Positions 25,103-40,239 of a stretch of DNA of 64,000 nt are shown here, one piece after another. This DNA is from the human T2T-CHM13v2.0 reference genome, Homo sapiens. Both the position numbers and the translations under genes were made by a program. The notes under the pieces were generated by a model. That model did no database searches and had not been told where the DNA came from. It saw only the letters and a program-made list of their open reading frames with translations. Within the stretch, counting starts at the first letter, position 1, and each line of letters opens with the position of its first letter. The stretch is taken from the NCBI RefSeq assembly GCF_009914755.1, contig NC_060932.1; one strand, given 5' to 3'.

Positions 25103-27969
25103 TTTAATTTCCATCCTTATATAAGTCACAAGTCTGTGATAACTCACAAAAATACCAGCTGTTTCATGAACAGAACTTTGTTGTTGAAATGGTTTTCAAG
25201 GATCACTTCTTTTACAGCTTCCAAATCATGGAAGCTATATCCAAGTTGGCAGCTCTGCTTTCTTCTAACCTTAAGTAGGGACTGGGGAGACCGGGGAAGG
25301 TGGTCAAAAGAACCATTTGGGTCTCAGAACCAGCAAGTCAACTCTTCATACTGGAAACATTTTCCCATTTGCTTCCATTTTTCTTACCCCTTTTCAGTCC
25401 TATAATCTTGCACTGGGGTCTGTTGAGGTCATATTATTAGCTCTCAATGGCCACATAGAAATCCAACTAGTGGAGTCCCATTTTTTCACTTAAAACATTT
25501 CCTTCTGAGCAAAACCTCATCAAATGCCCTAAAAAACCTACTTGTTCATACACGGAAGGACTTTGGTTTCCTATGATTCAAATACCAAAGTTGAAACAAA
25601 ACTAAATTGAATTATTACCAGATTATCAGGGTTTGGCTGAATCTTTGCCCTGTATCATGATGCAGACAGATTCTCCTGAACTGGCTTGCTCCCAGGTGCT
25701 GACAATAACTCTGAGGGTATTATGGGAGGGATAGAAGTGTTAAGTATCTCTGGATGATTTGTATGTATTTTAAGCATGCAGCTACCTGAATAACCCACAG
25801 TCAATATGCCCAAAAGAGTAGAAACAGTTTTTACAAATTTTGTTCTTATTTTATGTCAGGACTTTGATTCCATTGAAAATTGTAAGTTTTAGAATAGTTT
25901 TTGTTAGTGGGTGATAGGTACATTTTGGTTTTCTTCTGCTTTTGTGTGTGAAAATTTCTGGCAAGTCAATTTGAAAAATGCAATTTAAATTTAAATGTTA
26001 AAAATCCATTTTAAGCCCTATTATTTCAAGAAAAGCATGAGGACTTTACTCAAAGATTTGCTTGGTTGTAAAGGCAAATCATTTATAAGTTTTAAAATTC
26101 TTTTAAAATTTAAATATAAATGTTAATTTTTTTCTTTTCTATTTTTTTTTTTTTTTTTGCTAAGTGTGAAAACACTCTGTGAATCAAATATTTTGTACTT
26201 TTTGCAGTACTCACAAGTATGGAAGTTCTGCTGATGGGTCATATAATCCTTGCTCTGGTCTCAAAGCAAACCTAAAACTGTTCTGGACAGAGTGGTACCT
26301 AGCTTTTTAAAGTTTTAATCTCCAGAGAAAGCTAAGAATACATTCATGTGCTATTACAAAAACCAACATCATTTCTTATTATGTTTTTCAAGTCTGCTTT
26401 TACAGGGTGGAATGGTAAAACAAGGAAAGATTACCTTTCAGAGAAAGAGTAATCGCTATTTCTCTAGGAATGGGAGCCTCAGAAGACACTGGGACATTTT
26501 CAGTATTCCATAGCTCTAGATGTTCTAGGAAAATCATGAGAAAGATTCTTTTGGAGCTATTTCAGTGGCTGTAGTACTTAGCCAAATTAGGGTGTAAGAA
26601 GTTCAGGTAAAATATAAAAGAAATTAGAAATGTGTTTAAACCAAGCAAACAAATTTAAAAACCCACACTTTTCGGAACCTCCATTCGTATTCCAGAATAT
26701 CCAACTTTCACTGGTATTCTAATATTACTTCTATTGGTAATAGTGTCACAATCGGTGGGTATTACTAGGGGTCAATATTTGCACAGGAGAAGAGGGGGTC
26801 AACTTTAGGCCTGAAGTCCTCACTTCATCTCCTATTCCAGAAGCTTCTCTTCATGTTTTCTGACCTTCTTTCTGACCTATACCTTCTCCATCATCAACAA
26901 CAGTCTTTTCTAGAGTCAGTGACATAAGTCAAGGACTGTGATAGGCTTGGAGATGGTTGGCATTTTAAAGAAACTTTCTCTGAAAACAGGACTTGGTTCC
27001 AAGAATGTTATAACATGTTAAGTAAAAAAGTTATCAGAATAAAGGCTTGTAATTTTCATTGTACTATCAAAAACTATTTTCTGCTCTGGACATTAATTAG
27101 TATGAAGAGATACACACTTCTCTCCCAAAATTGTTTATGTCAGTCTCTTAATTTTGACCCATTAAAAACGCATCATTTAAAATATAGGTGATTCACGGTC
27201 TCACAGAGAAGAAACAGTAAAGGCCTTTCAAGATCCTTTGCACAAAGGAAGGGTATGGGCCTGTCATAGGATAGTGGCTGAGCCCGGCTCCTGATTCCAA
27301 CCCTCTCCCAGGAATGCCCCAGGGTTTCAGCCTCAAACCCTTTCCACTCCATTAAAAGAACATGAATCCTGATAATTCACATGGCACAGTGATGTGACTC
27401 GGAAGAGTCAACACAGTGGTCAGTCACACCCGCAAACACCACAATTGCCTTGAGATGCCAATCTCACTGAACTGAAGGAGCCAGGTGCCACACTTGTTGG
27501 GTAGAAAGGGCTTAGAAAACATCAGGGTAGTTGAGATGTTGCGACACAACTGGCCCGCATTACAGGAGAGTTCAGCATGAAAGTATAAATTAGAGCGCTA
27601 GGTTTCTCTCCCTCTAGACCCCATCTTAACTAGAAACACAATAGAGCCACATGCACACCATCAAAAGGAGAGTGGGACTTTTTCTTAACATGTAGGTATT
27701 TATTAAATACAAACCAATTCTGTTCCAAACTCTTTTTCTGAGGTAGGACAGTGATCTTCTAGCCTCCATTTGTGGGAAGTCATGTCAGGAAAGAGGAGAC
27801 CCAGCTCCTTTCAAATTGTCTACACAAATACATTTCAAAGTACATTTGGTAAGTTAAGTCTCCATCCCCAAAAGAACGAGTAAAACGAACACATCTTGAT
27901 CTCACAACAAAGTGGATGAATTCAATAGTACTTTTTCTGGACAACGTTCCATAACAACAAGATGTTTAG

Positions 27970-28522
<553 letters not shown>

Positions 28523-30204
28523 TGAAATGTAAAGATTTACACTAGATCATGCTAGGAAATGGCTTATCGGCTTATCTTCTTCAAAAACACATGAATGCAA
28601 CACCTCCACCCCGCACACACCCCACAAATGATTGCTTTTGACACAAAATTCCACTTTCTAACCTTTAATCCTGCTGTTAAAACGTTACTTTTGGAAATGT
28701 GTTCCTGGTGCTCCTACAATCAGCTTTCTAGCTTGCTGACTGGCATAGCATTTTGAGTCCATAGACTTTGCTTTTTGACAACCAAGAACCACATAAAATA
28801 TTCAAAACAGTCTTTATTGTCAGTACTTCTTATTCATACACCATTTTTCTACCGTTTAGCACTTCATTTTGGGTAATCCATTAATAGCAAGTGATCTTCT
28901 GTCACTAAACAAGAAAAAAAAAAACTGTGGACTATTTCATTTCCGCTTCTTGTCATTAATTATATTTTTTTAAAGTGTAACATTCAGATACAACTTCTTT
29001 TCTCTGTTTTTTCCTCCAAATAAAATACTCTCACAGGACCACTAAAATGTGAGTTAATCAAAGAACCACTGTAACAATCTTAGCTGTTTCTACAGGTTGG
29101 AATAGTCATTTCATTTTGGTAGCCTTTATGCTGTTGAGTAGATCAGAGAGATGAGATAATACACTAAAGATCTGAAGTGACCTGCTTTTAAATCCTCAAA
29201 AGGTTAATGCATAACTGAGGGCAATGAGTGGGTTGATTGATAGGCATTAGCCAAAGAGTAAGATAGTTGAACTTCACATAAAACTTCCATTAAGTTCAAC
29301 TGTCCTTTGATGCAGGATTATTTTATTTGCTCTTAATAATATGATGAAATTCCTTGCGGAATTCAGATTTGAATGTACACATAACACTGCAACAAACATA
29401 TATGTTTATATGGATATAAGATGTGTGATGTTTTTAGATGTCTCTCAATGCTCATTTTATGGATTCTATTTCTCTAAAAAAATCAGTGTGTAAAGATCTA
29501 AAAATTTTAAAAAGGAATTCACGATCAGTGCTCAAAACTACAATATCTTGGAAATGTGATGTCCTTTTTTTGCCTTCATGCTTATTATGTTGGATAAAAT
29601 AATAGTCAGACAATGGGTCCCTAATTTTGCTTCCATCCTCGCCACCTCCAGGATTTAAAAATAATGATGGAAAAATTCAATCAGCACATTGGGTGATTAA
29701 TGTCTGGGGTGATAAAGAGCAAATTGCTTCATTGGCTGAAGAATGGGACTAAAAAACTATAAAAACTCATCACTTCTGAAGATCCAATGCTTGCATGCTA
29801 TGTTGATTTTTAAAGAACAAATTGGTATTTGAGTAGAACAAACTCATTTTTTAACGCACTGCCAATCCTAAGGATGTTTCAGGTTGAGATCTTCTGTGTT
29901 GAAAGTCCACACTGACTCATCACTGTAATATTATATTCCAGCCCAATTTGTGGTTGCAGCAAAAAGATAAATAACAGATGCAAAGGCAAACCGAGTGGAT
30001 CCTAGAGACCCTTAAATACGACAAAATATTTGTCCAGATAAAGATCTCAGACTTATTATTCATTTCTTCACTTATTAGATAAATGTGTATTTAGCAACTA
30101 ATACATATCAGTTACTAAGATAGCATGGGAGGGTACACAGAGGAAGAAAGAGCACCTGCTCCCATGCTAGCACTAGAGAGTTCTATTAATTTTACAGCTG
30201 TTAA

Positions 30205-30390
30205 CTTGTTTAAGCCTCACAGAAACACAATGAAGTGGATATTTTTATACCCATTTTACAGATGAGCCAACTAAAGAAGTGACAAGTTAAGTCACTGCCT
30301 TAAGCAGACCAAGTAGTAAGAGTGGGCAGAAACCTAATTGATGGGTAGCATATACCTCTTTAGTCCATGATCCTTAATCTCTAAACCACT
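30205..30390 (-). mobile_element. MIR SINE fragment
   Basis: cccattttacagatgagccaact...agttaagtcactgccttaag. Confidence 0.7.
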
Positions 30391-30621
30391 GCCACAATAA
30401 AGAAATATAAGAATAAAAAATAAAATCATAAATTCTGGTTATGATGTTCTTAAAATAATTTATATTTAAAGTTATTCTAATCTTTGAGCCAGGAATTACA
30501 CTACTAAGAATTTATTTCAGGAAAACATTTGGAGAAATTGATAACGTTGTACATTTAGTACATTTAGTAATGAACATTTCAGTTTTGTTTGAGAGGATGA
30601 AAAATTGGAAATAACCATATA

Positions 30622-31110
30622 TCAGTTGAATTGCTTTTGGATACAGGTGAGAATAACTTGATTAAAGTGGATCAACCAATAGTTGTTTTTCAGCCCATAG
30701 GAATTTCTGAAAGGGAGCTTCTAGAGTGTGTTCAGTAGTTCAGAAATGTCATTAAAGATCCAGAATCTTTTATTGTTAAAACTCTGTTATGATTGACATA
30801 GTTTTTTTCTTAGGTTTCATTCCTCATGGTCACAAGACAGCTCCTGTAGCTCCGGGCATCACATCTTACACAAAGACAAGAAGAAGGGCAGTTTCTCCAA
30901 GCATGTCTATTTTTCATCAAGGAGGAAAGCCTGTTCCTGGAACTTTGTTATTTGCGATGATTAGCCAGTTTGGGGACTCATACCTACACCTTAGCTGCAA
31001 AGAAAACTGAGAACGTGAATAACTGTTATTCGGCCTCTATTATGGGAGGCAAGATTTGCCAACAAGAAAGAGGGAGAGGCTAATTACACTGGCAATCAGT
31101 TGGGCCTGGC
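30622..31110 (-). mobile_element. MLT1 (J/K-type) MaLR LTR, inserted in an old L1ME fragment
   Basis: cctcatggtcacaagacagctcctgtagctccgggcatcacatc and ccttagctgcaaagaaaactgagaacgtga are old MLT1 motifs; flanks 30470-30620 and 31120-31370 look like L1ME. Confidence 0.6.
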
Positions 31111-31899
31111 AGAAATTTTGGTGTCTAAAAATGAAATATCCGTATAGTAGAATCTTATGCTGATATCATCAATGATGATAAGGGTAAAGGGAGTATCACA
31201 TGAAAAAAAATCAAGTTATAGGAAAACTGATGCACACAAAATATATACACCAAAATGCTAACACCTGTCTCTTTGTGATAGGATTAGAGGGATATTTTAG
31301 TTTCATTGCATTTTTACATACTATCTGTTATTTTTAAATTAGCATAAGATGCTTGTACTATTTTAAAAATAGGGATCCTTTCCATTTTGAAAAACAATTT
31401 AATTCAAAGGGAAAAATTATTTTATATCAAAATATCAATGTTCCTTGGCTCTGCTTGAAAGCAGAGAGTTGAGTAGTGAAAAAATGAACAAGATATTTTT
31501 ATCAAAATTTGTTTTGCATTACTGTCATGAAGAAATGAAAGACAAGAAAGAAATCAAGCAAAATGGCCACTGGAGAATTTTAAAATTGGAAAAATAAAAA
31601 TGTTTTGTTAAGAGATGATGATACCACCAAAAGCCTTAAATAAAGGGCTGTTGCAACTTAATATATTGGATATATTGCTCTATGGATTTCTCCTCCTGTG
31701 AGAATGCCTTCCACTCTTGCCAAGATCAGCTTCGTGCCGGCCACAAAAATTAAAATATTTTAAAAGAGAACAAAAATACTCTTATTTTGTAGAGAGTAAT
31801 TCACAGTTTCAACTAGCCTGATGATATCTGCCAATATTTTAGTGTTTGGTTAAAACAAATGGCTAACAGTTTTCTTGAGTCACTGATCATTTTAAATCA

Positions 31900-33950
31900 T
31901 TCTAATTCTATGGTATACATAAATACTTCTCACTGCAAAAATTTCAAACACCATAGAAGAATAAAAGTTCAACCCGAAATCCCTGTTTCATTGCCTCCAA
32001 AGATCCTTGGTTCGTGTCCCTCCAAAGAGATAACCACTGTTAAATTTAAGATTTATTTCTTAAGATATTTTCTATATATTCAGATTTTTTTAAACCTCAG
32101 TTGAATCATACTATACAAATGGTTGTGCCATGTCCTTTTTTAAAGATCATATGTATTGGACATCTCTCTAAGCCATTACATGTAGATCTCTCTCAACTAT
32201 TTTTTAGCAGCTGCTAAATCTGTTTAAACATTCTTCTTTTGATGGACATTTAGATTGTCCCCAGTACTTTGCTATTATAAAAGATACTGCAATGAACATT
32301 TTGTACATCAATTTTATTCACTTGGGTAGATGTGTTTGTAGAATCTGTCCTAGCTGTGAAATTGCTAATTTTCAAGGTGTGTTCATTTAAAATTTTGGTA
32401 GATAATGACACACTGCTCTCCAAAAAGACTGTACCAATTACACACTCCAGGCAGCAGTGTTTGAAGAGGACTGTTCTTTCTATCTTCAGCAGCACAGAAC
32501 TTCAGCAAACGTGGAGGGAAATCATTGTGATTGTTTTAATTCATATTTCTGTGAATAGTAGTGACATTGAACTTCTTTCATAAATTTACTCAAGTAAACA
32601 TTTATGCTAATAGCAGTACCTTGCATTTATATTGGGCTATTATTTCTTGAGAACACCATGGGTTGATGATTCCATGTTATATCAGACATATTCATCTATA
32701 AAAAATATATATTAATTGTAGTAAATTTTTTAAATGCCAGTACATATCAAGAATAAAGAAAAAATCACCTACAATTATACCACATTTAAATAATTGATAT
32801 TACAGTTTTTTCTCATTCTATTATATGCAATTATATATGTATGCATATAATGTGGATTTTTAATATGTGATGTAGCTTTATTATATGTAGAGCTATATAG
32901 GAGGTATTTGTTTATAAATTGAGATCGTACTCTATATTTTTAATATTCTTTTTCTCCTTAATGGTATATTGCAAATAAATGTACTATATTATGTTTTTAT
33001 ATTGCAAGTTGAACATCCCTAACCTAAAAATCCCAAATCTGAAATGCTTCAAAATCTGAAAATTTTTGAGTGCTGATATGATGCCACAAATGAAAAATTC
33101 CACATCTGACCTCATGTGACAAATCACAGCCAAAATGTGATCAAAACATTGTTTAAGGAAGAACATTATTTAAAATGTTTTATAAAATTACCCTTCAGGC
33201 TCTGTTTATAAGGTGTATATAAAACATAAATGGATTTTGTGTTTAGATTTGGGTCCCATTCCCAAGGTGTATGATTATATATATGCAAATATTCCAAAAT
33301 CAGAAAAAATCAGAAATCTGAAACGCTCCTGGTCCCAAGTATTCTGGATAAGAGATATTCAACTTGTAATTAGTCTTCACACTATTGCTATCCTATGACT
33401 ATGTCATAAATGTGTTAGCCAGGTCTTTATTTTGTGTTGAACTTATAAATTATTTAAATTTTTTATTTAAAATAAAACTGTAATAAATATCCTTGTAAGT
33501 AAAATTTGATATTCCTCTCAATTTTCTTCATCTACTGTAAATCAAATTATTGGCTCAAAGAGTATAAACATTTTGAAGTCTTACAACTTCAACTCATATT
33601 TTAAACTGTGTGTTTGGGTGTTTATGTTTAAATAATTTCTACTCTCACCAGTGATGTTTGAGAGTGTTCATACTTCTATGTCCTTGAAATAATAGGAATT
33701 AAAATAGTTTTTAATCTTTTTCATTAATAATTAAAATATAATATGTAATTGGCATTCTTATAGTTAAAATTGATATGAAAGATTTTATCATATGTGTTTG
33801 AGTCTAACCATTTGTATTTATTCCCCATTAAATTTCTTCATCATGTTCTTTGTCTTTTTATATTCAGTTGCTATACACTTTCATGTTGATTCATGAAAGC
33901 TCTTTACATAGTAAAGACAGTAACATCTGTCTTCGGTTTCTTTCATTTTT
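31900..33950 (-). mobile_element. Ancient L1M fragments (antisense), interrupted by Tigger4b
   Basis: gatggacatttagattgtccccagtactttgctattataaaagatactgcaatgaacatt..., ctccaaaaagactgtaccaattacacactccaggcagcagtgt. Confidence 0.65.
33005..33366. mobile_element. Tigger4b (MER46B/Zombi) DNA transposon, full length ~360 bp
   Basis: TIRs CAAGTTGAACATCCCT (33005-33020) and AGAGATATTCAACTTG (33351-33366) followed by TA; internal AAATCTGAAATGCTTCAAAATCTGAAA and AAAATTCCACATCTGACCTCATGTGAC. Confidence 0.88.
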
Positions 33951-36900
33951 TAACATTTATCTCTTTAATAAATCTGACATACACACAAGGTACAGATTTA
34001 ACAAGCAAAAATGCATGACAATAGGCATTAAAAATAAGTATTTTAAAAAAATTGGCCTAGATTTAGAAATCTTGTTATATATATGTGTAATATATACTCT
34101 AGAGTGATATTTTCAAGTTATTAGAAATGACCATCAATAGCTAAAATTATATAAAATTCCCTTTTGAGGATCCCAGAATCAAACTACATCAATTAGTAGG
34201 ATCTCTGAGAAAGTTTAAAGTACCTGAATAAAATATAAGTATGTAGTCTTTCGAGTCTCATATTATGTTGTGGAGTAAGATAAGGAAATTCAAATCCTGA
34301 TGTGTTGTGAGCGTCAGCAAATACTTTTCTGTGCTCCCTTTTTGTCGTTTATAATAATACACATGAAGAATAATGATCATAACTATCTTATATGGTTTTT
34401 AAAATAAATTATGTAAAGCACTTAGCATAATGATTGGAATAAAATTGTTACTACGTAAGTCATCATCATGAATGTTAAATAATTATTTTTATATTTACAA
34501 AGAAGTCCTTCTACCATTAAATCCTCAAAAAAAAAAAAAAAGCAATTCTACATAAAGTCTACCTCCTTTAGGAAATTCCTTAAGTCAGTTTATATGTGAT
34601 GAAAGCCTGCAGTGTATTGGTCTTTTGAGAAAGACCATCTTTGAAGTGTTGGTGACTCAGATTGATGTGTTCCTTCCTCTTTGGTGTTCATTCTTAGACC
34701 TTGGACAATTGAAACAGAAAAGACATGGCCAGAGGGCATTCTTCTCCACAATGACGCTTCCACAGATTTGACCCAAACCATGCATATGGCCCTCAGTAGG
34801 CGGATTTTATTTAAATGAATGAGATTGTTCTATGTTTAATTCATGATACAAGCATTTAAAAACACTCTGATGGAGAGGGCAGATCAAAACAGAACTCAAT
34901 GTAGACCATGTTTTTTTTTTTGTAAATTGCTGGCAGCCCTTTATAAAATGATAGAATACCAAAATGCATAATTCAAAAAAATCTACATATTTAAAGCTGT
35001 ATGTAAATACCGAGGATGGATGAACTGCTTTTGAATTTTCACTCACTACTTTGTGACTTTCATTTTTGTTCATCATTGACATGGCTTCATGCACAATTTA
35101 AAAGCCTGTTTTCAAAAGAATGGGGATGGAAATGTTGTGCTTTAGTGTCTTGAGAATCTGGCAGCCTACCTGGACCTCATTCAAGGGCTCTGCACCCTTA
35201 GCCCATTGCAGGGAAATTGGTGGTTAACTATCAGAGAGGAAAGAAAAGACAACATGAAAGTCTTCTCAGAAAAACACATCTGAGAAAGCTCAAAGGAGTA
35301 AATAATAGAAAACAGCCAACACTCAGTCATTTGGGGTTGATCACTTGGTTTGTTTTTCTTTCCTCTCCCTCCTACTCCCTGCCTTTTGGTCATTTCACTG
35401 CTCCTTGGCACTTCTACGAGAGGCGGTGTGTATGCAGGGTCAAGCAGGGGAAGGGAGAAGATCATCAGTCAATTTTGCATCTTGCTAGTTGTTCCAGAGA
35501 AAGATTGGACAGAAAGAGATGACCACAATGAGGACTGGGGATTATCTGTAACTTTCAAAGACCATTGTTCCTCCATTATTATGAAAACTCAGCAGTGGGC
35601 TGCAGCCTCTCTTTTATTTATTCACACATATGGAGAAAGCGAATTTGGTAAGCACTGGCATATAGTCCAGAACTCAGCACTGAAAATAAGAGTAATGTAC
35701 AGAAATGCTATTTTCTTACAAAAAAATAAAAATGATTTGGGTCAGGCCCAATTAGATATAGTCAAAATCCAGCTGTTCTCAGGGTTTATCCAGCATTAGT
35801 AACATTGTGGTATTACAATAACAATATAAAATGTGCTTTCAGAGGTGTTTTTCCATTTAATTCACTAACTTCTAAATGTTTGCTATTTTATCCATATGTT
35901 TCTAGTTTGTGTACATGGGATATTTTGTAAATGTCATTTTGCAAGAGCTATTTGATGTTCAAGAAGGCTCTTTGGTTATTGTTAGAAAGCAGAAATCATG
36001 ATTTGTAGAGGAAAATTTTATAAGTTTGAAAAGATTGCTTTTGAGGTTTTGCTTCCCTTCATTTCCCTTGATGTATTTTAGAGAGAAAAATGTGTTCCTC
36101 CGTCTGATACTAAAAAGAGTCTTCGTGCTGAAAGTAGAAAAACAAAGTAGGAGATAGGGTTGGGAGGTGAGGGCTCTGCTGTCTTTATGAACTGCTACTG
36201 TTCAAAGTCAACCCATCCAACTCCTTGAGAAGTACAACTTCAGCAATGAAAGATGTTTAAATAGTGATAATGGATGGCAAATAAAGGAACTCTTATCTTT
36301 GGAATTTTGGAGTAGACACAAGCAAGCAGTGCAGATTTAGTTTAAGGCTTACCCCCAAAGCTGAACTTTCATGTTTTATAGATCAGTCTCTGCTTATGTG
36401 CTTCAAGAACACACAATGAGGCTTTAGAGGCTTGGCTAATCACATATCAAAATAAAACTACAGCACTTTATATAAAAACCAGTAATTTGAGGTAAGATTA
36501 TTTTCTGTTTTCCCACAATCACAGTGTCAGGTGAATGAGGACATGAGACACTATCACTTAAAAAGTATTACAGGCAGCAGAATAATAAATTATACTCCAA
36601 CATTTATGCCTTCATTTGCTCATTCATTCATTCAGCAAATATTCTACTATCAGTAGATCCTCCTCAAATTTGGAAAGCTAAAGTAAAAATGATCATAGAC
36701 AAAGCTTATTTCTATTATTATGCATGCAACTCCTCTCTGATTAATCCAAAGGCAACTGATAGATGAAAAATCAAATGGCTTCAGATGTGGCAAGAAATAT
36801 TCTTATCTGATGCAAAGGAATTGTTTATTTAAAATAGCCCCAGGCTTTCCTTCTAACTGTTACTAAACCAGTGGCCCCAAAGTCAATTCTGTCATCTCTG

Positions 36901-37579
36901 ATTAATATAATAGTGTCACATTTCCATCAAGAAAATATCACTCTTGCACAGAGTTCTTAGCATTTTTCACAATCAGACTTTCTTACTGCAGCTTGTCTGT
37001 TGAGCTTGGATTCCCAGAGCGCAACATTCTGTCAGGTTCACCAATGGGACTCAGGCCAGTTGGTTCTGGACAGCCTCGCTCCAGGTCCCACAGTCCCCAG
37101 GACCCAGGCTCAGTGGCTCTGTTCTAGTCTGTTCATCTCTGCTCAAATCAGTTCAGCTTGAACAGCAGTCTGGGCTCTCAGTTATCCCTTCCTTGAGAAG
37201 TTTTCTCCCCATCAAAAGTCCCTAATTTTCTTACTGCTCTACTTTTACCTTTTCATAGACAGACTCTCTAAACACCAAGTCAGGGCCAATGAGATTATAA
37301 TATTTTTTCCTGAACATATATTTGCATTTTAATTATGGTCATTTTCATATGAAAAATGCCTTTTTTTTTTGAAGACTTTTCTGAAGTCCATTATCTTTAG
37401 CACTTTATTTCTTTCTAAAGTTTCGGAACCCTCACTTAGAATTCTTGTATTTATTTTACCTTCTTTTCTGTTTAACTAGACAGTGGGCCTCATGAAAAGT
37501 AGGAACATAATGATTGTGTTTATTTGTGGGTCCTGTGCATTTTGTATAATACCTGGCATGTAATAAATATATGTGATGA

Positions 37580-37640
37580 ATCCATCCATCCATCCATCCA
37601 TCCATCCATCCATCCATCCATCCATCCATCCAACCATCCA
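37580..37640. repeat. (TCCA)n tetranucleotide STR, ~15 units with one variant
   Basis: atccatccatcc...caaccatcca. Confidence 0.97.
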
Positions 37641-39339
37641 AGATTTATTGAGCCAGATGCTGTGCTAAGTAATAGGAAAGTTATGCCAGACCCAGGGGGA
37701 AATAATCAGGGCCAAGTGGGCCTCTTGATGCCCTTCAAATCACACTCCACTGGCAGCTGCTTACACACTTGTGCAGGCCAGCCTGGACAAAGGTCAGAGG
37801 GGTCAAGCACAAGCAAGGACAAAGTTCACAAATCAGTGGCTCCTGACACCATTTGAAACTGTTACCTTCAACTTCAAGGGTCTAATACTCACCCTGCCAA
37901 GAAACCTTTTAACGCTCTAACCCCATAGTTTCCTCCCCAGCTAGTGTCCCACTGCAATTGGCAGATTTTAGGACTGATCTTCTAAGAACTAGAAAGTCCC
38001 TAGGTCAGGTCCTAAGGCTCTGGAATGCCCTTCCTCCCAAGTGCTGCTTTCTTCTACACAGGCCAACATGCTAAAAGGCTCCCTTTTACCCCTACAGTCC
38101 GCAGGTGACCTATGAGCATCAAAAACTTGTGTTTTCTAAACCTCTATTTCCTTCGTTCTGCAGCTAGACACTAATTGTTTTGGTAGAGGAAACTGTCTTG
38201 TCTGAAAAGCTAGGTTATTTCTGACCTCTGAAATCACTAGGAAAGGGAGACTGAAAAAATAGATTAAATCAACTCAAACCCTCTCATGTTTCATTAATTA
38301 TATATAAAAGTAACTTTCAGATTATGACTAAAATACCAGAACATGTGACTTAACAAACAAATGGACAATGTGGTAGTTTCTCCTGCAAGCGCAAATATAT
38401 GGTCAGCATAAAATATTTAACTATTACCCATTAACAAAGTGAAATCTTAGCTTTTTTAAATGAGATTTCAGTAATTTGCAGTTATATTTCTCAAAAACTT
38501 TGCCCAGTTACCATTTGTCTCTTACTTAGTATTATTAAGCTCTTGAGCTTCATAAAATGTTACATAACTGTTTGTGCCAAGTAATTCCTATTTTAATTTT
38601 TTGTAGGTCTCTACAACCATTCTTATTTTAAAGATATCATGAGCTAAATAACACTGGTTTCTGTGGATTTGAACAAAATCATAGGATAAAAACTCAAAAT
38701 CCTGAGGCTTTGATTGACCTTTTTAACAAATATTTAAAGATGTTTTAAAAAATGTGTAAGAAAATTCACATAATTCTGCTATTTTTGTTTTTGTCCAAGG
38801 AGAGAATGGCTAGATATGCAAGTGATGAAAGAGAAAGAGCACTAAACTTATAGATTTCAATCTCTGCAAACACTAGCTTACAAATGGTATTTTGCCTCCC
38901 ATGTTGACTCCAAATTATTTCAGCTGGTATTGTACAATTTTCAAAGACCAGCTAAATATAAGTTGTATTAATATTTAAATAAACATTGTTTGTTTGGTAC
39001 ACCTTTATTCTTAATTCCACAAATATATCTTTAGTTTCCTATGAGGTATAAGGCACTTTATCTCACCTACATCATTCAATGAAATTGATAAAAAGACTTA
39101 TAAGAATATGTACAAAATAAATTCAGAGCAAAAATACACATAAATAGAACGAAGATAAAAGACTATGTAAAAAATTTGAATGCAGATATGCAGATAGAAA
39201 AAATTATAGTTATTCAGATTGGACTATAAATTAGCTTTTAACTTGTTGAAAACCAAAGTAAAATGAAATCAGTAACTGGATTCCTATTATTTAATAAAGA
39301 AATATATATCAGTTTACATAGAATGCTTTTAATGGCTAT

Positions 39340-40090
39340 TTAAAAATAATCTAGCTCAAACTGACACAGCAAATAGGAGACATATTGGCTCAGATCACTG
39401 GGAGTCCACAGCCAAGGTCAGCTTCAAAAATATTTGATCCAACTATGCATTTGGAGAAGTTATCAAGAATCTACAATCTTTCTCTCTTTCTTCTATAATC
39501 TGCAGTGTTGAGCTTTATCCTAAAGCTAGTTTTTCTGTGGTTGTATGGTGGAAGGAGCCAACAGAAAGAGCTACATGCTTTCTCCTTCATGTTAGATCAG
39601 GGTTTCTCAGCTTGTACATTCTTGATTCTTATTTGGGCTGAATAATTAGTTTTTCTTTGAAGGATGTATTTTGCATTGTAGGATGCTTAGCTGCATCATC
39701 TTGGCCTTGACTCACTAGATGTAAGTAGCATCCCCCAAATGTGACAATCACAAATGTCTCCAGATATTGCAAAATAGCCCAAGATTGAGAACCGCTACTG
39801 TAGGAGAAAGGCTCTCTAGGCAAACAAGGGGAGATTTTCGCAGAAGCCCCTGGAAAACATCTCAGTTAAAAGTGACCTAAATTGCATGTCCATACTGAAG
39901 CCAAACATTGCTAAGAATAGAAACACTTTCATTAGGACTAATTGAACCAATCAAGTCCCTGGCGATAGAGGAAGAGTCAGTTTCTCTTGAATCATGGGCT
40001 TCATAGGGAAGAGTGAATTCCTGAACAAAATCAGGGATCCATTAGAAATAAATAAAGGGATAATGGATTCAGGGTAGGCAATCAACAGCA
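39340..40090 (-). mobile_element. Old MLT1-type LTR interrupted by MER20
   Basis: ctcaaactgac...tattggctcagatcactggga at the left; cctgaacaaaatcaggg...taatggattcagggtaggcaatcaacagc at the right. Confidence 0.5.
39598..39797. mobile_element. MER20 hAT-Charlie DNA transposon
   Basis: CAGGGTTTCTCAGC...GCATTGTAGGATGCTTAGCTGCATC...GTGACAATCACAAATGTCTCCAGATATTGC...TTGAGAACCGCT. Confidence 0.88.
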
Positions 40091-40239
40091 CTCACAAGAC
40101 AATTCCTCAGGAAAAAAAAACAAAAACAGACTGATTCTGATAGTATATGTACACATATATACATTGAACATATGTATACATGTATACATTCAAAAGAAAT
40201 TAGTTAAGTCATCACAGAGGAAATATTGAGAAATGTGGT

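Noticed and set aside
35181-35799. Overlapping 94, 101 and 149 aa ORFs
   Set aside because: No recognisable domain, non-ATG starts for the longer ones, overlapping in several frames, and no convincing exon context.
37456-37856. MDGW / HPSI repeat proteins
   Set aside because: Translation of the (TCCA)n microsatellite.
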